DNA of 59,515 bases, filler included. It is 5 parts of 5 records of this genome, joined end to end, with 100 filler letters (N's around TTAATTAATTAA, not from the genome) between each part and the next. Parts side by side here need not be neighbours in the genome. Positions count along the whole stretch, not along the records: positions 34,274 to 53,126 come from DRR378314_539; positions 53,227 to 59,515 come from DRR378314_542; 3 more parts are not named here. One strand, given 5' to 3'. Of this stretch, positions 45,394 to 59,488 are shown piece by piece. Made by a program: the position numbers and the translations under genes. The notes beneath the pieces were generated by a model. That model saw only the letters and a program-made list of their open reading frames with translations. It was not told the DNA's origin and made no database searches. The first letter of the stretch is position 1, and the number at the start of each line of letters is the position of its first letter.

Positions 45394-47471
45394 TGTTTCT
45401 TCAAAACTCGGTAACAGCGCGTACGCACAGGACACTGCCGCGAAGAGCCTGTCACAACCCGACGTAGGAGAAGAAAAACACGTGCGCCATCGGCAATCAT
45501 GGTGCGAAGTCGGGTTGTCGCGGTAGGTTTCGCCGCCTTCCCGACTCACCGCTCAAATGCAGATACACTGGGCGTACGGTTACTTAAACAGTATACAGAA
45601 AAAGTGATATACTGACTGCTCTCGCTGCGCAAAATGTACGATACCTTTCTGGTTCCTCTGGCCGTGAGCGTCCTACCCAGCGGGCGCAGCAGCTCCAGGG
45701 TGGAAGAGGGCCCCGATTCGTTTCCTATCGCGTCAGCACAGAACAGCATGTTCTGAAATGTGCAGGCAAGTATTGATTGCCTTACTGTCCCGGAAGTTCA
45801 GCCGTACTTTTGGTGGGGCAGGAAATCCAGCCTCTCCCAACTCTGCTCCACGTGCTTGCGTTGAGCACACGGCATACAAGCAGTGAGAGTGCAAAGGCCT
45901 GCAGCCGTGAATAGGCCACTCAGCCAAGCACTGAGCGTTTCGCCACAACGTCCGCACACGCGAAAGCGTTGCAAGCTGACGCGTTGGTAAAAGGCGAAGT
46001 TACATGCTAAGCGTGGGGGCGCTCTGGTAGTAGTGATCGACTGTGATTGCATATGTATTTTACAAGGAGGCGTTAAAAAGCCACAGCCGCGCACAATTCC
46101 AAGCAAATGTTGGTCCAGCACAGCAACCTAGTACACTTCACTCGCGTGTGGTCTGCTTTTGCGCGTTTCGCTCGCGACGGCAACCCAGTGCGCAAGTGTG
46201 AGCCTTCTTCCATTTTGGCCCATCAATAGCTCCGTGCGCTTTCCGCGTGCAACAAACAAGATTAACTTTCACACTGCAGTGTTTTTTGTAGCGCTTGTTC
46301 GTAACCACAGCACCATGGTGCCCGAAAAGTACTGCGTTTGAACCCTGCAGCGTTTTGCTCGCGCAACGACACGGTAGGTAGGACTGGGTAACGCGGTCCG
46401 CTGCCGCCCAGGCGCCACATCCTCGCGAGGAGGATGGAAACAGAAGGAACTCATAGGTTCCCGATGGGCTAATGCAGGAGAATCACTGCAAGATTATAAC
46501 ATGGAAGCTATGCAGCTTATTAGTTTTATAAGTGAACACTGCCACATTTTTCCTGCGACAAAGGCGAGCTGTTGCAACCTGCACTCTTGCAGGTAGTCTC
46601 CCAGACGGTCGGCCAGACAGCAGCCGGAAAAATCGGCAGCCTGCTTCCCCATCGACCATCGACGAAACCCTAACGCGCGTGATCGTCGCGACAGCGCGTC
46701 CTCGCACAATACATACGGTGTGTGAGGCTTGCAGAAGCGCCGCAAGCCCCTTGTTGTCCTTGGCCTGCGCGCGAGTACATAGGTCTGTCTGATCAAACTA
46801 CCCCGCGAGCAACCCAAATTTCTCCCGGGCGCGAGACTCATCACGATCATTATATCAGATATGAGGATGTAGGAAGAGCTGCGTGAGATGAGGAGTCGCA
46901 GGGAGCTTTTTGGCGCTTTTCTGGGCGCTTCTGTTGATCTGCTCAGATGGCACGACTCCCCGTCACCGCTGGCCTATTTCCTGTTTGGGGAGGTGCTCCC
47001 GCGTCACGCTCTGTCCCCCGTGCTTCGAGGCTGCAACTGCGCCTAACGCAGCTCCTGAGCGGCAATGTGCGGGAAGGTGAAGTAGATTCCTCGTACGAGG
47101 ACATGTTGGTGCAGTATTGTTACATGTGAAAGCAATCGGGGCTGTGGTCCGCACGCTAGTAGTCGTCCGTTGTAGGCTTTGCCGTTGGCATGTCCCGGGA
47201 AAAGGTCACAGCTGCTGCCTTGTCGGACTGCGAGGAGCTTTCCACAGGCACCCCGTTGTTCTGTTCTTCTTCCCGTGCCCGTGCTCGTGCGCGCGTTCGC
47301 ATGGACAGGTTGATTTCTATATGTATGCACACCATTCACCTCAAGTGGCTGATGTTGAGGAATGCAAGGAATCGCTGCGCACGTGTCGCGGTGTGTGCGT
47401 AACGCGGGGTTGGCTAACCACCACACGTCTATGCCGCTCGGAATTTTGTGCAGTTCCGCGTGTGTGCAAGC

Positions 47472-50400
47472 ATGAACACCGTCGAGCCCACACCCGCAAA
47501 AGCTCCGGAATATCAGGAGGGTAAGCGCGTCATTTTCATCACAATTATTGCGGAGAGAAAGTTTACACTGATATTTGCGAAGTACCCGCAAGTCGACTCT
47601 CCCGTCGCGCTTCGTTGTACGGCTGGCAAGCGTCAAGAGCACATTCCGAGGCAAACGGGCCCCGTGCGCGCTGGGCTGGTCCCTTTCCGCTGCATCAAGC
47701 AGTGCGCGCTTACTACCCAGTGCTGCGTGTGGGGAGTATGATTTTCCAGCGCACACGCGAATACGTTACGCAGATTATCTCATGAAACAGCTTCGATCAA
47801 GAAAGCGTTGTTTTTTTTTCTTTTCCGTAGGCATGCTTTGACATGGGGTACTTCGCGCATGTAGCAAGACCTGGCGTTGCTCGCAGGCACGCTGAGCTGC
47901 CTTACCTTGTTTTTCTCTGCTGGAGACCTGAGGCGGTGCAAGCTACTTTAGTTCTCTTTCCAGGACACTGAATTGTACACACGTGCATTGACAGTCTTTT
48001 TACGTTGCTGTTGTTCTGTGTATGCCCTTCGTTGCCTCCGTCGAATGTCCGTTTTCGTATGCTACAGATGAGCTCGACCAGAAGCTCCTCGCGCTCATCG
48101 ACGAGCGGTTGAACGAGCTTGGACTCGGCACAGACGGAGTACGGTCAGATCAAGAACTGCGCGACAATCTAGCTTTTCTCGAGCGCAATGACGAGATTTT
48201 CGCGCAACGCGTCCAGGTTTGTTACGCAAATATTGTTTGTAGAGCAGAGGGTTCTTCGCCCACACCTGCTGTTTTTGATTGCAACAAAGGCAGTACTGCG
48301 GGCGATCGGACGGGGTGGCGTCGCGCGTTCTCGGGCGCCGCACAGCACGTGAGAGCAGGTTTCCGGTCCAGCTTCCGCATTCGCACGTGGATGGCGTCTT
48401 TTTTCATGCGGCGTTTTGATGTGTTTACCTATGCGTTAAATTTACGCAGAGCCTCTTGAGTGGTGAAGCGATCTCTGAGGAATCGTCACCGCTTGACAAC
48501 CGTTACGGAGAACGCCGTTACAGTGCTGAAAACGGCAACGGCAGCGCGCTTGCCACCGAGTACGACACGGGATCCGAGTATCGCGGGGCACCGGACAGCG
48601 AGGCGTACGATGGCGACGCCGTGTCGGAAGGACTGTCGCCCCTTTCAGACAATGATGAACATGGCGATAATCATCCGCGTACGTATACAGCTGTGGAACC
48701 ACACCGTGTGTCAATGAAACCCTTGTTGAACGCAAAAGAGCACATGCCGGCTGCGCTTGCTCTCGTGTTGCGCGGGACATTCGCGCGTGTGGGGGATGCA
48801 AGGGTGGGCAGCGTGCGGTGCCGCCTTTGCAGACACTCCACAAGTGTGTGATAGCGTCTTCTGTCTTGGAAGAGGGTGCTTATATGACTGTATGCGTTTT
48901 TATATAAAAAAAGCATGTCTGTGAGTCGCCTTCCGCGCGCCTTTACCGTGGTAGTGCTGGATAGGACGATCCTTCCTTCGGGGAACGCGGCGCTGGGCAC
49001 ACACGTGTGCACCATCAAGCTCTGCTACGTACCCATTTGCGACCTTGTTACATCAATATTGCACGACGGACACCATTGTTCCTCGTGTAGAATACCTAAC
49101 GTCTGTACACGTGTGGCGGGCTTGCTAATCGCTACTGTGCAGACGGGGAAGCCTTTTCTTCTGCCGAGAATCTCGACTTGCCACCACTGCCTGAGGACGA
49201 CGAGCTTCTTCGATTGGAGGAAGCGCTCAGTGCCATGCGCGACGAAATGTTTGGGAAGCAAAGCCGCGGTCTCCGCGGGAGCTTCACAGGCGACATTGGA
49301 GCACTCGCAAACGCTTCCAGAAGAGTAAGCGGTGCGTTGCTGTGGCATTCCTCTGCATCACGATGCATGTTGCAACCGCTGCAGCGTCACTCGCATCGCG
49401 TTCCGCTCCGACGCCACGTTTTGCTATCCTTTCCTTTGCTGTCCTTTAATTTGCTTGGTTGTTTCGGAGGGTGTGTGTGTGTGGGGGGGTGAGTGTTGCT
49501 TTGGCCCCGCCAGTGGTTGGCAATCCATCTGTATGTAGTACAAGCCGCAAACGCTGCCGCGGAACAGCATGTTGCTAGCCTGTGCCATGTGTGCATCTCA
49601 GTAGTCCCATACTCGCTGCTAACTAGGCAAGATTGAGGTGAAGGATTCCAAGAACGCAGCATTTGGATGGCTCGGCGGTTTATCCTAAGCGTACTGACGT
49701 GTGCCCGCTTCTTGCGCCGCTTCCGCTCTGGACCTGGTGCAGAGCCGCTCCCGTCGCCTACGACGTCCTCGGCTGCAACAATGCGACGCGTGCGCTCGCT
49801 CGAAACGCGTGAGCAGTGGCAGCACAAGCGCAGAGACGACGAAAAGGTACGCGCAGATGCGCCACACGGCACCTGCGCTCAAAGGAAGACACCCTCCCCG
49901 TCTCCACAGAAATATATCAATATATCGGTGCTCCGTGCGGTGCAAATCATGTGCTGCGGTGCATAGGGTTTACGAGCAGCGCGTTTGCGTGCGCTCGGCG
50001 TTGTGTTCTCCGCGGCCTTGGCAACGACCGGTATTGTTGGAAGAGCTGCACCGGCTTCTTGTTTGCGCAAGCGCAGTGCACAGTAGACGAGAATCACCAT
50101 CGTAGTTGAATTGGAGTCTCAGATTGCGTATTGGATATGGTTGCGCACATGCCTTCTTCTTCTTTTGCCACTGTTACAGGTTCTTGGCAAGGCTGCAGCA
50201 GCGCGGCGCCGCCGGTCGAAGGAGAGCCGCGGCGACACCGCTGCGCCACGCGCAGTGAAACAGCGCGCCGCTCATCCCGGCCGGCCGCTGCCGCCTCGTC
50301 CTCGGCCAAAGCCGGGACCAGGTTCCAGCATCAATGCCGGTTACGTCTCAAAGAAGCAGGCGGAAACCGACGCCGCTGCGCGTGGCCACCCGGTCCCTGC

Positions 50401-52158
50401 TGTGGATTTACCGGCTTCTGTAGAGACTGAGGAAAAGCCTGCTTCCAAGACTGCAGAGCCCGCTGGGGCTAAGCAGAACGGCGAAGCAGAGACGCGCGCG
50501 AACGGAGATAAGAAGGAAAAGAAACGGTTCGGACTCGGCTTGAAGTGGAAGAGAAAGAAGGGAATGCCGATCGAGAAGCGCCCGCGAGAAACAGCGACAG
50601 GCGATGCCTCTAGCGGGAGCACCGCGCCCCAGGAAGCAGCTTCTGCACCTGCAACAGGTGTAACGAAAAAAGCACTACCAAAGAAAACGTTTTTGAAGAA
50701 GAAGCCGCGACGCGCAGTGGAGACTGCGCCTACTGCGGCCAGGCCGGAGCACGTGCCGCAATCCGCAGTTCCCGCCACTTCTAGCGCAGGAACGTCTGCG
50801 CTGCACAAGCATGCGCCGAAATCTGTGCCATCAGCAGCAGCGCCGCCGCCGACAAAGGCTTCAGATATGGCGCGCAGAGCAGAAAAAAGCGAAAAGACTG
50901 CTTCCGGTGTAGCGAAGAACACCGCCCCTGCAAGCAAGCCAGGCGCACCAAAGAGGTGCGTGCTGCTGTGCATTTCGCGGCGCAAGACGCGCCGCAGCGT
51001 GCAGCTCGCCGTCACCGACGCTCCCAGCGTGAGCGGCTCGCGCTCCGTCGAAGAGGCTTAGACGCACCTTTTTTCGTTCCTCTGTCCCTTGTGTGAAACG
51101 ATGTGTGTGCATAGTAGGCAGAGGACATTGGTAGCTGCTGCTGTAGTGGCATATTGGATGTGGCTTAGGGTATGCAGGGAGGCAGGAGTATTATAATCCT
51201 CCGTTGCTCACTTGCGCAAAGGAGAAACCTGTCTGCTCAGCCAAATAGCGCCGCTCTGCGTGCTGGTGTTGGCTACCCGTACTTCCGATTCGTAGCGAAT
51301 TGGCGTATCCGCGGGAAGGATGCATGAAAGCACCAGGTCCCAGTTTTGTCGAATGCCGCGCGCCCTTCTACCCTCCCCCCCAAAAAAAAGCTCATGTACC
51401 GCCTGGCGTGCCTCGTTGCTTTGTCCAGGCGCCCTGGTGCGAGAAACCTCGCAGTGCTGCAGCCTGCCGCTGCAGATCGGCCGCAGGGCATTCGCCCACC
51501 CGCGACGAAAGACCCGTTGGCGGCGCGCCGCCACGCAGCTGTGATGAAGCACCTGACAGCCGGATGGAAACCTCGCTCCAGCGCGATGCCGGCCAGTGCA
51601 CCTGCGGGGTCCGCACGCGCTCTGCACCGGTTTGAGCGCGATCTCCGGCGCCTCGTCAAAAACACGCACGAATGGGAGGCGCGCGCCGTAGGGAAGCTGC
51701 GTGTTCTGGAAAAGCGCGTTTCCGCGGCAAGCCGCTCGGTGAAAACTGCTGCTGCGCGCCGGCGTGCCCACGATGCCCACCTGGACAAGCTGCTTCAGAG
51801 CGAGCAAATGAAAAGAGGCCGCGCAGAAGAGGATGCAAAGGAAGCTCATGCAGAAATCGCCGCGCTGCGCCAACAGGTCAGCGAAGAGCACCGTGTGGCG
51901 CTTGCGCTGTTGGAGGAAAACGAGATGTTGTCGCGGAGTCTCTCAACTGTCAGTGACAGCGCCCGCGCAGCTGCAGACGAAGACGGTGAGCCCGATCTGC
52001 CGACCGAGGGCGAGCCCGCCACCGCTGGCGAGGAAGGGCAATACGTAGGGACCGAGCAGCAAGACGGTAGCGCCTCGGAGGAAGAAGTGTTTGCGCGCGG
52101 CATTGTTGGTGATGCGGTGGATAATGCGCTCCTTCTCACGGAGGAACAAGGCGCGTAA
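47472..52158 (+). CDS. Spliced hypothetical protein: acidic, low-complexity K/A/P-rich and C-terminal coiled-coil segments (start uncertain)
   Basis: Open GT-AG-bounded segments near 48068-48217, 48450-48678, 49143-49331, 50180-50954 and 51346-52158; no family motif recognised. Confidence 0.55.
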
Positions 52159-53126
52159 CAGATGCGGCCCCTCACCGTGCACCGCACATGGAATGGCCGC
52201 ATCACTTCCCTCCCTTCGAATTCCCGTCACGAATCTGCCTTTCGCCGAATGTCCACCCCAAGCCGCAGGTGATCACGAGTCGACAATGCCCACGTGGGCA
52301 GGTATATTTGGGCGTATGGGCGCGCGCCGCTGCGCGCCTGCATATGCTATCAGCGGTAGCCACTTCCTCAGCAAGAGTGCGGCGTTCTCGAGGCATCGCA
52401 ATGGTGACGCGCTGAATGCGAGCGACGGTAGAATATTCCCTTTCGCATTGTGTGTAGCGGCGTCGAGTGCGTGTGCAAAAGCGCGCACGTTTTTACACCG
52501 GCTTGAACAGTGATTCATGTAATACATTTGGATGAGAAGCTTCTTTTTTTTGGTTGTCGTCCGGACTTGCAACCCGCTCTCCTTTGGACGAACTACGCCG
52601 AGTCAGGCGCACACAATCGTTTCCTTACGTCCCAGTATGCGTTGGCTTCAACACCCAGGCTTTGTGAATACCAGCATGCAAGCACACGTATATGTACCGC
52701 TATCGGTGTGCAGGAAGAGAAACAGAGAAGAATCTCCGATGTTTGCGTCTGGATTTTCCCCTTCCTGGGAACCCAATTCCGTCCGCCAGTCGGCGATGCA
52801 CCGTGCCCATCGTAGCCTAGGCGATCGCCTGTGCCGGCGCTTTGCCTCTGGCATCCAACAAGGGCGCCGCCTCGCCCGCTTCGTCGGTCTCCTGCAACAA
52901 CGCAAGTTCATCACAGGCAGCCCGCTGAGTGTCCCAGAATGGGTAGTAGCGACCCAAAACTCGGTAAAGCTTGCAGTGCGAACGCAACCAGGTGCGTTGA
53001 AGCACGCCGCTGGTTGATGACAGGAAGCAGCTGCCAACGAGTCTCGCATACCGGTTCAGATAGGGAGCCCGACTCGCCGTCGGCAGAACCTCGTGATTCA
53101 TCGCAATCGACATCCATTCTCCTACA

Positions 53127-53226
53127 NNNNNNNNNNNNNNNNNNNNNNNNNNNNNNNNNNNNNNNNNNNNTTAATTAATTAANNNNNNNNNNNNNNNNNN
53201 NNNNNNNNNNNNNNNNNNNNNNNNNN
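53127..53226. other. Artificial contig linker
   Basis: 44 N + TTAATTAATTAA + 44 N. Confidence 0.99.
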
Positions 53227-54954
53227 CAAGCAAGCAAACTATATGCAGTTCGCTTCCACCATACTTGCGCGCAGATCGCGCACCGAGGACGAATCCATCT
53301 GGCGCACCTCGCGAAGTTGTGCGAACAGGCGCTCATGGCCCAGAACAAGGACGGTGTCGACCGAAAAGGCCTGCGCTGCGTGCAGCAGCGCTTGATAACC
53401 CGTGTTTTCCACATAGCCGCAAGTGTTGATAATTACGCCTGCGGCATTGACTGCACGAGATTCACATCATTGTTCGGAGAGATGGGCAAGGGATCAGGCG
53501 CTCCAGAGGCACGCAAGTCGGAGGACAGTTGGCAAAGCAAGATGTAGCATGCGTTTTTATCAGCGCGCGGGACAGCATAGCGCACCTTCCGGAACACGAT
53601 GAACATATTGGCGGATACGGTCGGAGAGTGCAGATATGAGGTGCTTGTACAGGGAAAAATTTTCGTCCACAGACGCGTGACCATAGTAGTACGCGAGGGG
53701 CGCCCCCAGGGTGAGGCCATCTTCTGCATCGGCGTGTCGCACTGGCGCGGCGGCGACTGATCCAGGCGCAGTGATTTCGCCCTGTGTACACCCGTACGTA
53801 AACGCGACCATACCCCATGTTTCCAGATATCACGGAAAAAAGTAACGTCAGTGAGTGCAGGCAAGATTTGCAGACCGCACGCTCCCTGGGCCTCAGAATG
53901 GGACTGCTGGCCATTGGCGTGCCGACAATATGCGAAGCACCGCAGTAGCAGCAATTTCGGGCAACCGCTGTACGCCAGTACGGCGCACATTAGCCCTTTC
54001 TCATCGCTTGCCGCCGGAGACGATCCCAAAAAATATGGTAATGATATGAATAAAGGCTGTGCACTCATCTGCTCGAGCGTGCAGATGACCGGAGAGAACG
54101 AGGGCGGGAAAGCAGCCGCGCACAGAAAACGTTTGCGCGCAAGCGAAAGGCTGCGCAAACGAAGAGAGCGCGTGCCTGCATACGCGCCCCGCAGGCGGCC
54201 GCGTCACCTTCTTCAGTCCCAGCAGACACAGCCGCCGACTGAGCAACCGTCGTTGTCTCCTATAGCTCTGGGCTCCATACCTGGCCCACATCCAAGTCGA
54301 CGTACGTCGGCATCCAGCGCTGTCGGGCGGCGTAGCTGCACAGAAGTCGCACAAGGGTCGACTGCAGCACCACGCACAGGTAGCACACGCGCCGCGTTGG
54401 GTATGTTCCTCATACGCCAGTTTGCGCCGCAGAACATGCCAAATGGATCATAAATGATTTAAGATTATTCGTATTTGAAGCCAAGTGTTGTATACTTGCT
54501 CACGAGCGCCGACATGCGTGCTCATCAGCAGCGCGGACGTGATGCCAGAACATGTAGGGGTCTCTCGCAGACGGCAGTCGTGCCGTGCAGCGGAGCGTAC
54601 CTTGCCGACATCGGTCGGGCCTGCAATGAGCACGCGTGGCCCTTGTGCTTTGCTTGCGAGTGCTGCGTCGCGCAATTGATGCAACGTCTTGTGGACTTTC
54701 ATGTACGTCGGCATGGGCGTTTCGTTCGCCACGTAGAGAGCGCTGGAAGAGCCTGCCACTTCCACCTTGGCGCCATCCCACGTGAACAGAGCGGCTTTGG
54801 CTGCGCGGAACTTGTACGCCTTGTTCGGGAGGACTTCGGCGCCGAAGATTTCTGCCCTTCCTTGCACAAGCTTGATAGTCAGATATGTCGTGCTATCTGC
54901 TTCAAATCGAAGCTCCTCCTCCGGCTGCAGATCGAATGTTCGTGGCTCCGTCAT
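53227..54954 (-). CDS. CLP1: 5' part of spliced polynucleotide 5'-kinase / cleavage-polyadenylation factor Clp1
   Basis: ELRFE, GRAEIFGAE, FTWDG, NETPM, Walker A GPTDVGK|ST split by an intron at 54600, YVDLDVGQ|GEITAPG, PLAYYYG, GVIINTCGY. Confidence 0.93.
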
Positions 54955-55550
54955 GCTGCGGTGTCGGTGCGCGTAGCGTTTCCGACTCGAGAGCGAGCAG
55001 GGGTGCGCGAGAACTGCGCCAGGTCAGTGTGTGGCACACAGCCGTCCAGCTCAGCCCTTGCTATGGCCGTTTCTTTCGTTCTTCGGACGAGGCGTTCCGT
55101 GACAGATTTGGACGCAGCAAACGGATTCCCGCTGTTCTTTACAGCTAATCGCGCAGGAAAACTGCGCCAGCTTCCCGAGACAGGACGGTGTGCTATTGCG
55201 GGCTTGCGTAGGAGAGCGGTAACCACGCAGCGCTCGAAGAGCCTCGCCGCGGGGCAGCGTGTGAAGAACCCTAGCGGACGGTATAGTCAATATGTACAAC
55301 ATATTTATTTTATACATGGATCTCTGTAGCGAAATTGTATTGACTTTGGGAGAATCTCTCTGCCATACAGTCGTGATGTATATATTGTACGGTGAGCGGT
55401 GCTAGTATAACAGAGATCTGGCCACACCCATTTCTTGGCGATGCAAATGGGGCCTCGCGTAGTCGCAGTGTTTCTTGTACGGCAGTGGAGCGCCCGGAAG
55501 ATCGCCGAAAGCCTACTGTGGCTCTGGTGCTGCGTCGGCGCGCGGCAGGC

Positions 55551-58500
55551 ATGGGGGCGCTGGAGGCTGAGCCGGCGAACTTGCTTACTCTGCTCTTGTT
55601 TGGTGTGCTAGCTGTATGGGCCATACGTATTGTGCGCTCATTTTTCAAGCTGTACGAGGCTCGCCTGGCGCTGCAGAGTGGCGAGGTTTGTTCTTGGCGC
55701 GTGGCGGACTCGCGCTTGTGCACAAAGCGCGCTCGGTGGCTTGGTGTGCTGCACCCGAACTGTCGCGCGACTATCGCCGCGAATCCGCGGGATCGGCGAC
55801 ACTTTGTGCTTGATAATCAGTGCCTTTCCGGATTACATTGTACTATTCGTTGTGTCCATTTGGCGGTATGGGAGTGGGTGCGGGTTGCTTGCCCGTTTCT
55901 GCAATGCGGCGCAGTCCGTGTGCTGGCGCGCAGGCGCCGGGTGGCGGAGTTCCCTCGCGCTCGCTGCGCACGCGCAGTTGTTTGGCGCGTCTGCAGCTCC
56001 CGCTCGGGTCGCGGCGTATCCCCCCCTTCTTCTGCCACACCTCCCTGCTTGTGACAGTTGTCAAGTGTGTATCTATGTTAATTGTTCCTGCTATTGAAGG
56101 TTTCCGAAAGGAAGGCGTGTGCGTTGTAGTTGGGAGGGTGGGCGAGCGATAGCGCACAGGCTCTGCCAGCTTCCTGGACGCCTGCGCGTCCCTTCCGGCG
56201 TCGCCATCGGCTTGCATACAAGGCCACTGCGACTCGGCCTTACTGGCGCGCGGCCAGCTTTGGATAGGAGGTTTTCTCTTTCGCTGCCGGGGCGCGCCTG
56301 CCAGCTTCGTTAGGTGCACTGATACACGTCGGGGTATTGTTCTGGTCATGCGAAAGCGTCTCTTCCCCACGCGTCCTTTTCACCCGCTGTTCAGGCTTGC
56401 TGGACAGCGATCGTCGCGCTGCGGTTCCGCTCCGCGTTCAAGTCAAGCCCAGCACGTGCATTGCAGCGCATGCGAGAAGACGCTCCGCGAGCAGCACGGT
56501 ACTCCCTCGCCTCTTGCTCTTTTATTTTTTGGCAGTATATCCTCGCACACGCTCACATCCGGTCGAATTTTGGTGATGTGCATATGCTGCGTTTCGTGCA
56601 GCTACTGTGGATCAAAGGATTGGCGGATATATTTGACGACCTTGACATTCTCACGCGCAGCCATTTTCACCAAGTGCTTCGTTCGCGGCAGCAGAGCGTA
56701 GGCTCGAAGCTTACGCGGATTGAGCTTCCGGTGTTCCTGGAGCGGGACGGAACGCGCGCTCACATTGATGAAAATGGCACGGCGCATATCGATTTAGCGC
56801 TTGTGGCAAGTGTTGACGTCGGTATTCGAACGTACATGGGAGTGTCTGGAATGCACCTGCTGCGCTTGCTACGCATGCGCTCCGAACGCTCCGGCGTCGG
56901 ATTTCGTCGCCCTCCGTACGTTTGCTGTGCACCTGATAGGCGCTCTCTTTGTATGAGATTGCTGTTCCGTTTTCATTCCCCAGTCTACGTGTTTTTGCCT
57001 GTTTGGGGTACATACACGATAATGCGTATGTTGCTCAAGATCTGATCAGGATGTCGGGCTCTGCGCGCTGGGGTCAATGCTTGCCCATGGTAGTTGGCAC
57101 AGCCGCTGTAGCGGGCAGCTTGCGACACTTCGCCCGCCGCCAAAGCATCCGGCAGCCTCGCAGTGTCCCGTTTGCGTTCTGCAAGACGCACGGACGAAGC
57201 AGTTCGTCAAGCGATGTGAGTGTCAGAGTCAGTTTTGTGCTGTGACGTTGTCTCTGTGATCGCAAAGAGGACTTGGATTCGCTCTGTAGCTCTTCACGGT
57301 GCCGATAGCAACTGCGGGACCCACTGCATCCGTTGCTCGTGCTCGACGGAAGAGCACTTTCTTGGCGATGGTGGTGCTACCTGTGCGATCTGGATTTTGC
57401 TTTTGCTCTGCGCGCATATTGCAGCGTAAATCGTTGCATGTGTACCGAATGGCGACTGTTTTCCTGACAGTGCGGTGATTGTGAGCTCCTGCAACGCCAG
57501 GTGTATTGATCAGCGGGAATGGTGCGCTCTGTTCGTCGCAGCGTTGCCGGAGGAAACCACCGCGCGAATGTGGATGGCGTGGAGATGATGCCTGTCGAAA
57601 CATCTGCACCTGCGCTATCCGACAGCGAAGGGTTGCTTGGAGCAGAAGACGACACTGTGCATTCTGACGAGGCGGCGGTTGGCGATGCGAGTGCAGAATT
57701 TTATGTACGCTCCCCATGCTTGATTGCAAGAATGCCGCTAGGTGTGAAGCCGTCCGATTCACTCCACGTACGCCGCGCGCGTGCTGAAAACAGTAGTGAA
57801 AGGTCGCGCTACAAGGCTGCGTAAGACTCGGGCGGTAGTGCACTTTTTGCGGGAAGGCTATTGATCTGTACGAAAGGATGGGCGACGTCGTGCTCTTCGT
57901 CGTTGGCGAAGAGTCATCTGCGTTGTGCGTTTCTCGGGGTTACGAACAATTGGAATCATCGTCGTCGCTTCACGGAAGTTTCCTTCCAGCGCAACGACAG
58001 TTCGCGTGCGTGTTTGAAGGCTGGGGCGACGGTTATTGCAACAGAAAACTCCAGTGTCGTTGCTCGTTTTTGGAGCTGCCGTGGCTGGGCTAGTATATTC
58101 GGAACGTAACTTTTTCTTTCTTTTTCGGTGTCGAGCAGCTCGGATTAGTGCTCCATCTCGCGTGTGCTCCGGAAAGCGCAACCACATTTGGCTTTGTCGT
58201 TGCTCGTGAGATTGACGCGTTGTTGTCTTGTGTTTGAAATCGTAGGCTGGTGGTGGCGCGACGAGCTCGGACGAGGCAGATTTCGACGACGAATTGCGCA
58301 ATGGGTGTGTTCGGTGAGCTCTTTTTTTCTTTTGCTTGCTCCGGGGACTTTGCAGCTCTGGCGATCGAGAGGGAAGGCGGCATTTTTTCCCTTTCCGGCT
58401 GCAATCCTCGACACCGGTAGTCTTTTATACATATTTGCTGGAATCAATGACCGTGTACATTTGCTTGCTTCCATGCGGTAGTGTGACATTGGTGTTGTAC

Positions 58501-59400
58501 CAGGTGTTTGTCTATCTTACGGGGGCTTTTCGTTTCTCAGTGCGACGCGGGGCGATTGTTGCCGTGCCATCGTTTTTCTTTCTCACGTCTCTGAGCGTGG
58601 ACGGTCGCCGTTGGGCGCGCCTGCGATTGCAATGCCCGAACGGCAGCGCATTGTTTGCGATTCTTCCCCAATGGCCATTGTTTCGCAGCGTTTCAAGTTT
58701 GTTCTTCTACAAACCATGCTCTCTATTTCACACACACTCTTTTTTCGTGCCTGCATTTGAATACGTTGCCAGGGACATATTCCCGCCAGGTGCCGCGTTA
58801 TCGCAATCTGAGTGGACTTTTGTGAGCCATCGCGGGAGCGAAACGCTCTCGCTACTGCATGCGCTCGGCAAAGGCGGCGCGCAAGCGGTCGCGCCGAACA
58901 GTGGTCGCGTTGCGCTTGTCGCCGTCGTTGCGGTTCCTGCTGGTCTGCGAGGCGCTCTTGAAACGCGCGCACGCGACGCATTGGGGCGAGATCCCGAGGG
59001 TTCTGGCTCACCCTTAGACGTAATGGTCTGTGTCTTTGAGGTATGGAGTAGATGTGCCGGTTTTCTCGCGATCAATAATGTACATATTTTCTTTTTGCAT
59101 CAAGGGAATTGCTGGCTGTGTCGCATTGTTTCCCGATGTGAATCGGGAAACGCAGAGCTCTCTTTGCGGATATCATATCGGTTTCTGTGTGCCCCTGTGC
59201 ACGCTGTACAGCGTTCGGTAATCGCGCGCCACATTCGCTCCTCTCTGTAGTAGAGAATTGCACAGCGAGGTTAAGTGTTCATCTTGTTGTGTGCATGGCA
59301 TTCCCTGCAGAGCTCGGGGTCCGCATCTTCAGATGGCAGCATGGCGCTCTCACTGTCGCGGAGGCAGTATATTCTGCGGGATGCAAATGTCGAGTGGCAG
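55551..59400 (+). CDS. Spliced protein with N-terminal TM anchor, possibly MGRN1/LOG2/CGRRF1-like E3 ligase N-terminal region (3' truncated)
   Basis: First exon MGALEAEPANLLTLLLFGVLAVWAIRIVRSFF...; later exons KLTRIELPVFLERDGTRAH...VGIRTYMGV and LSLSRRQYILRDANVEWQ; no RING domain within the window. Confidence 0.4.
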
Positions 59401-59488
59401 GTACGAATAGGAACGTACTCTCGTGCACATTGGAGCGCGGCTGTCATTCTGTATCTTGAACGCGTGAACTCATTGGTCTATGGTATGG

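Noticed and set aside
46664-46673. AAACCCTAA telo-box-like motif (related words near 30313 and 55267)
   Set aside because: Isolated short words, not arrayed; compatible with chance
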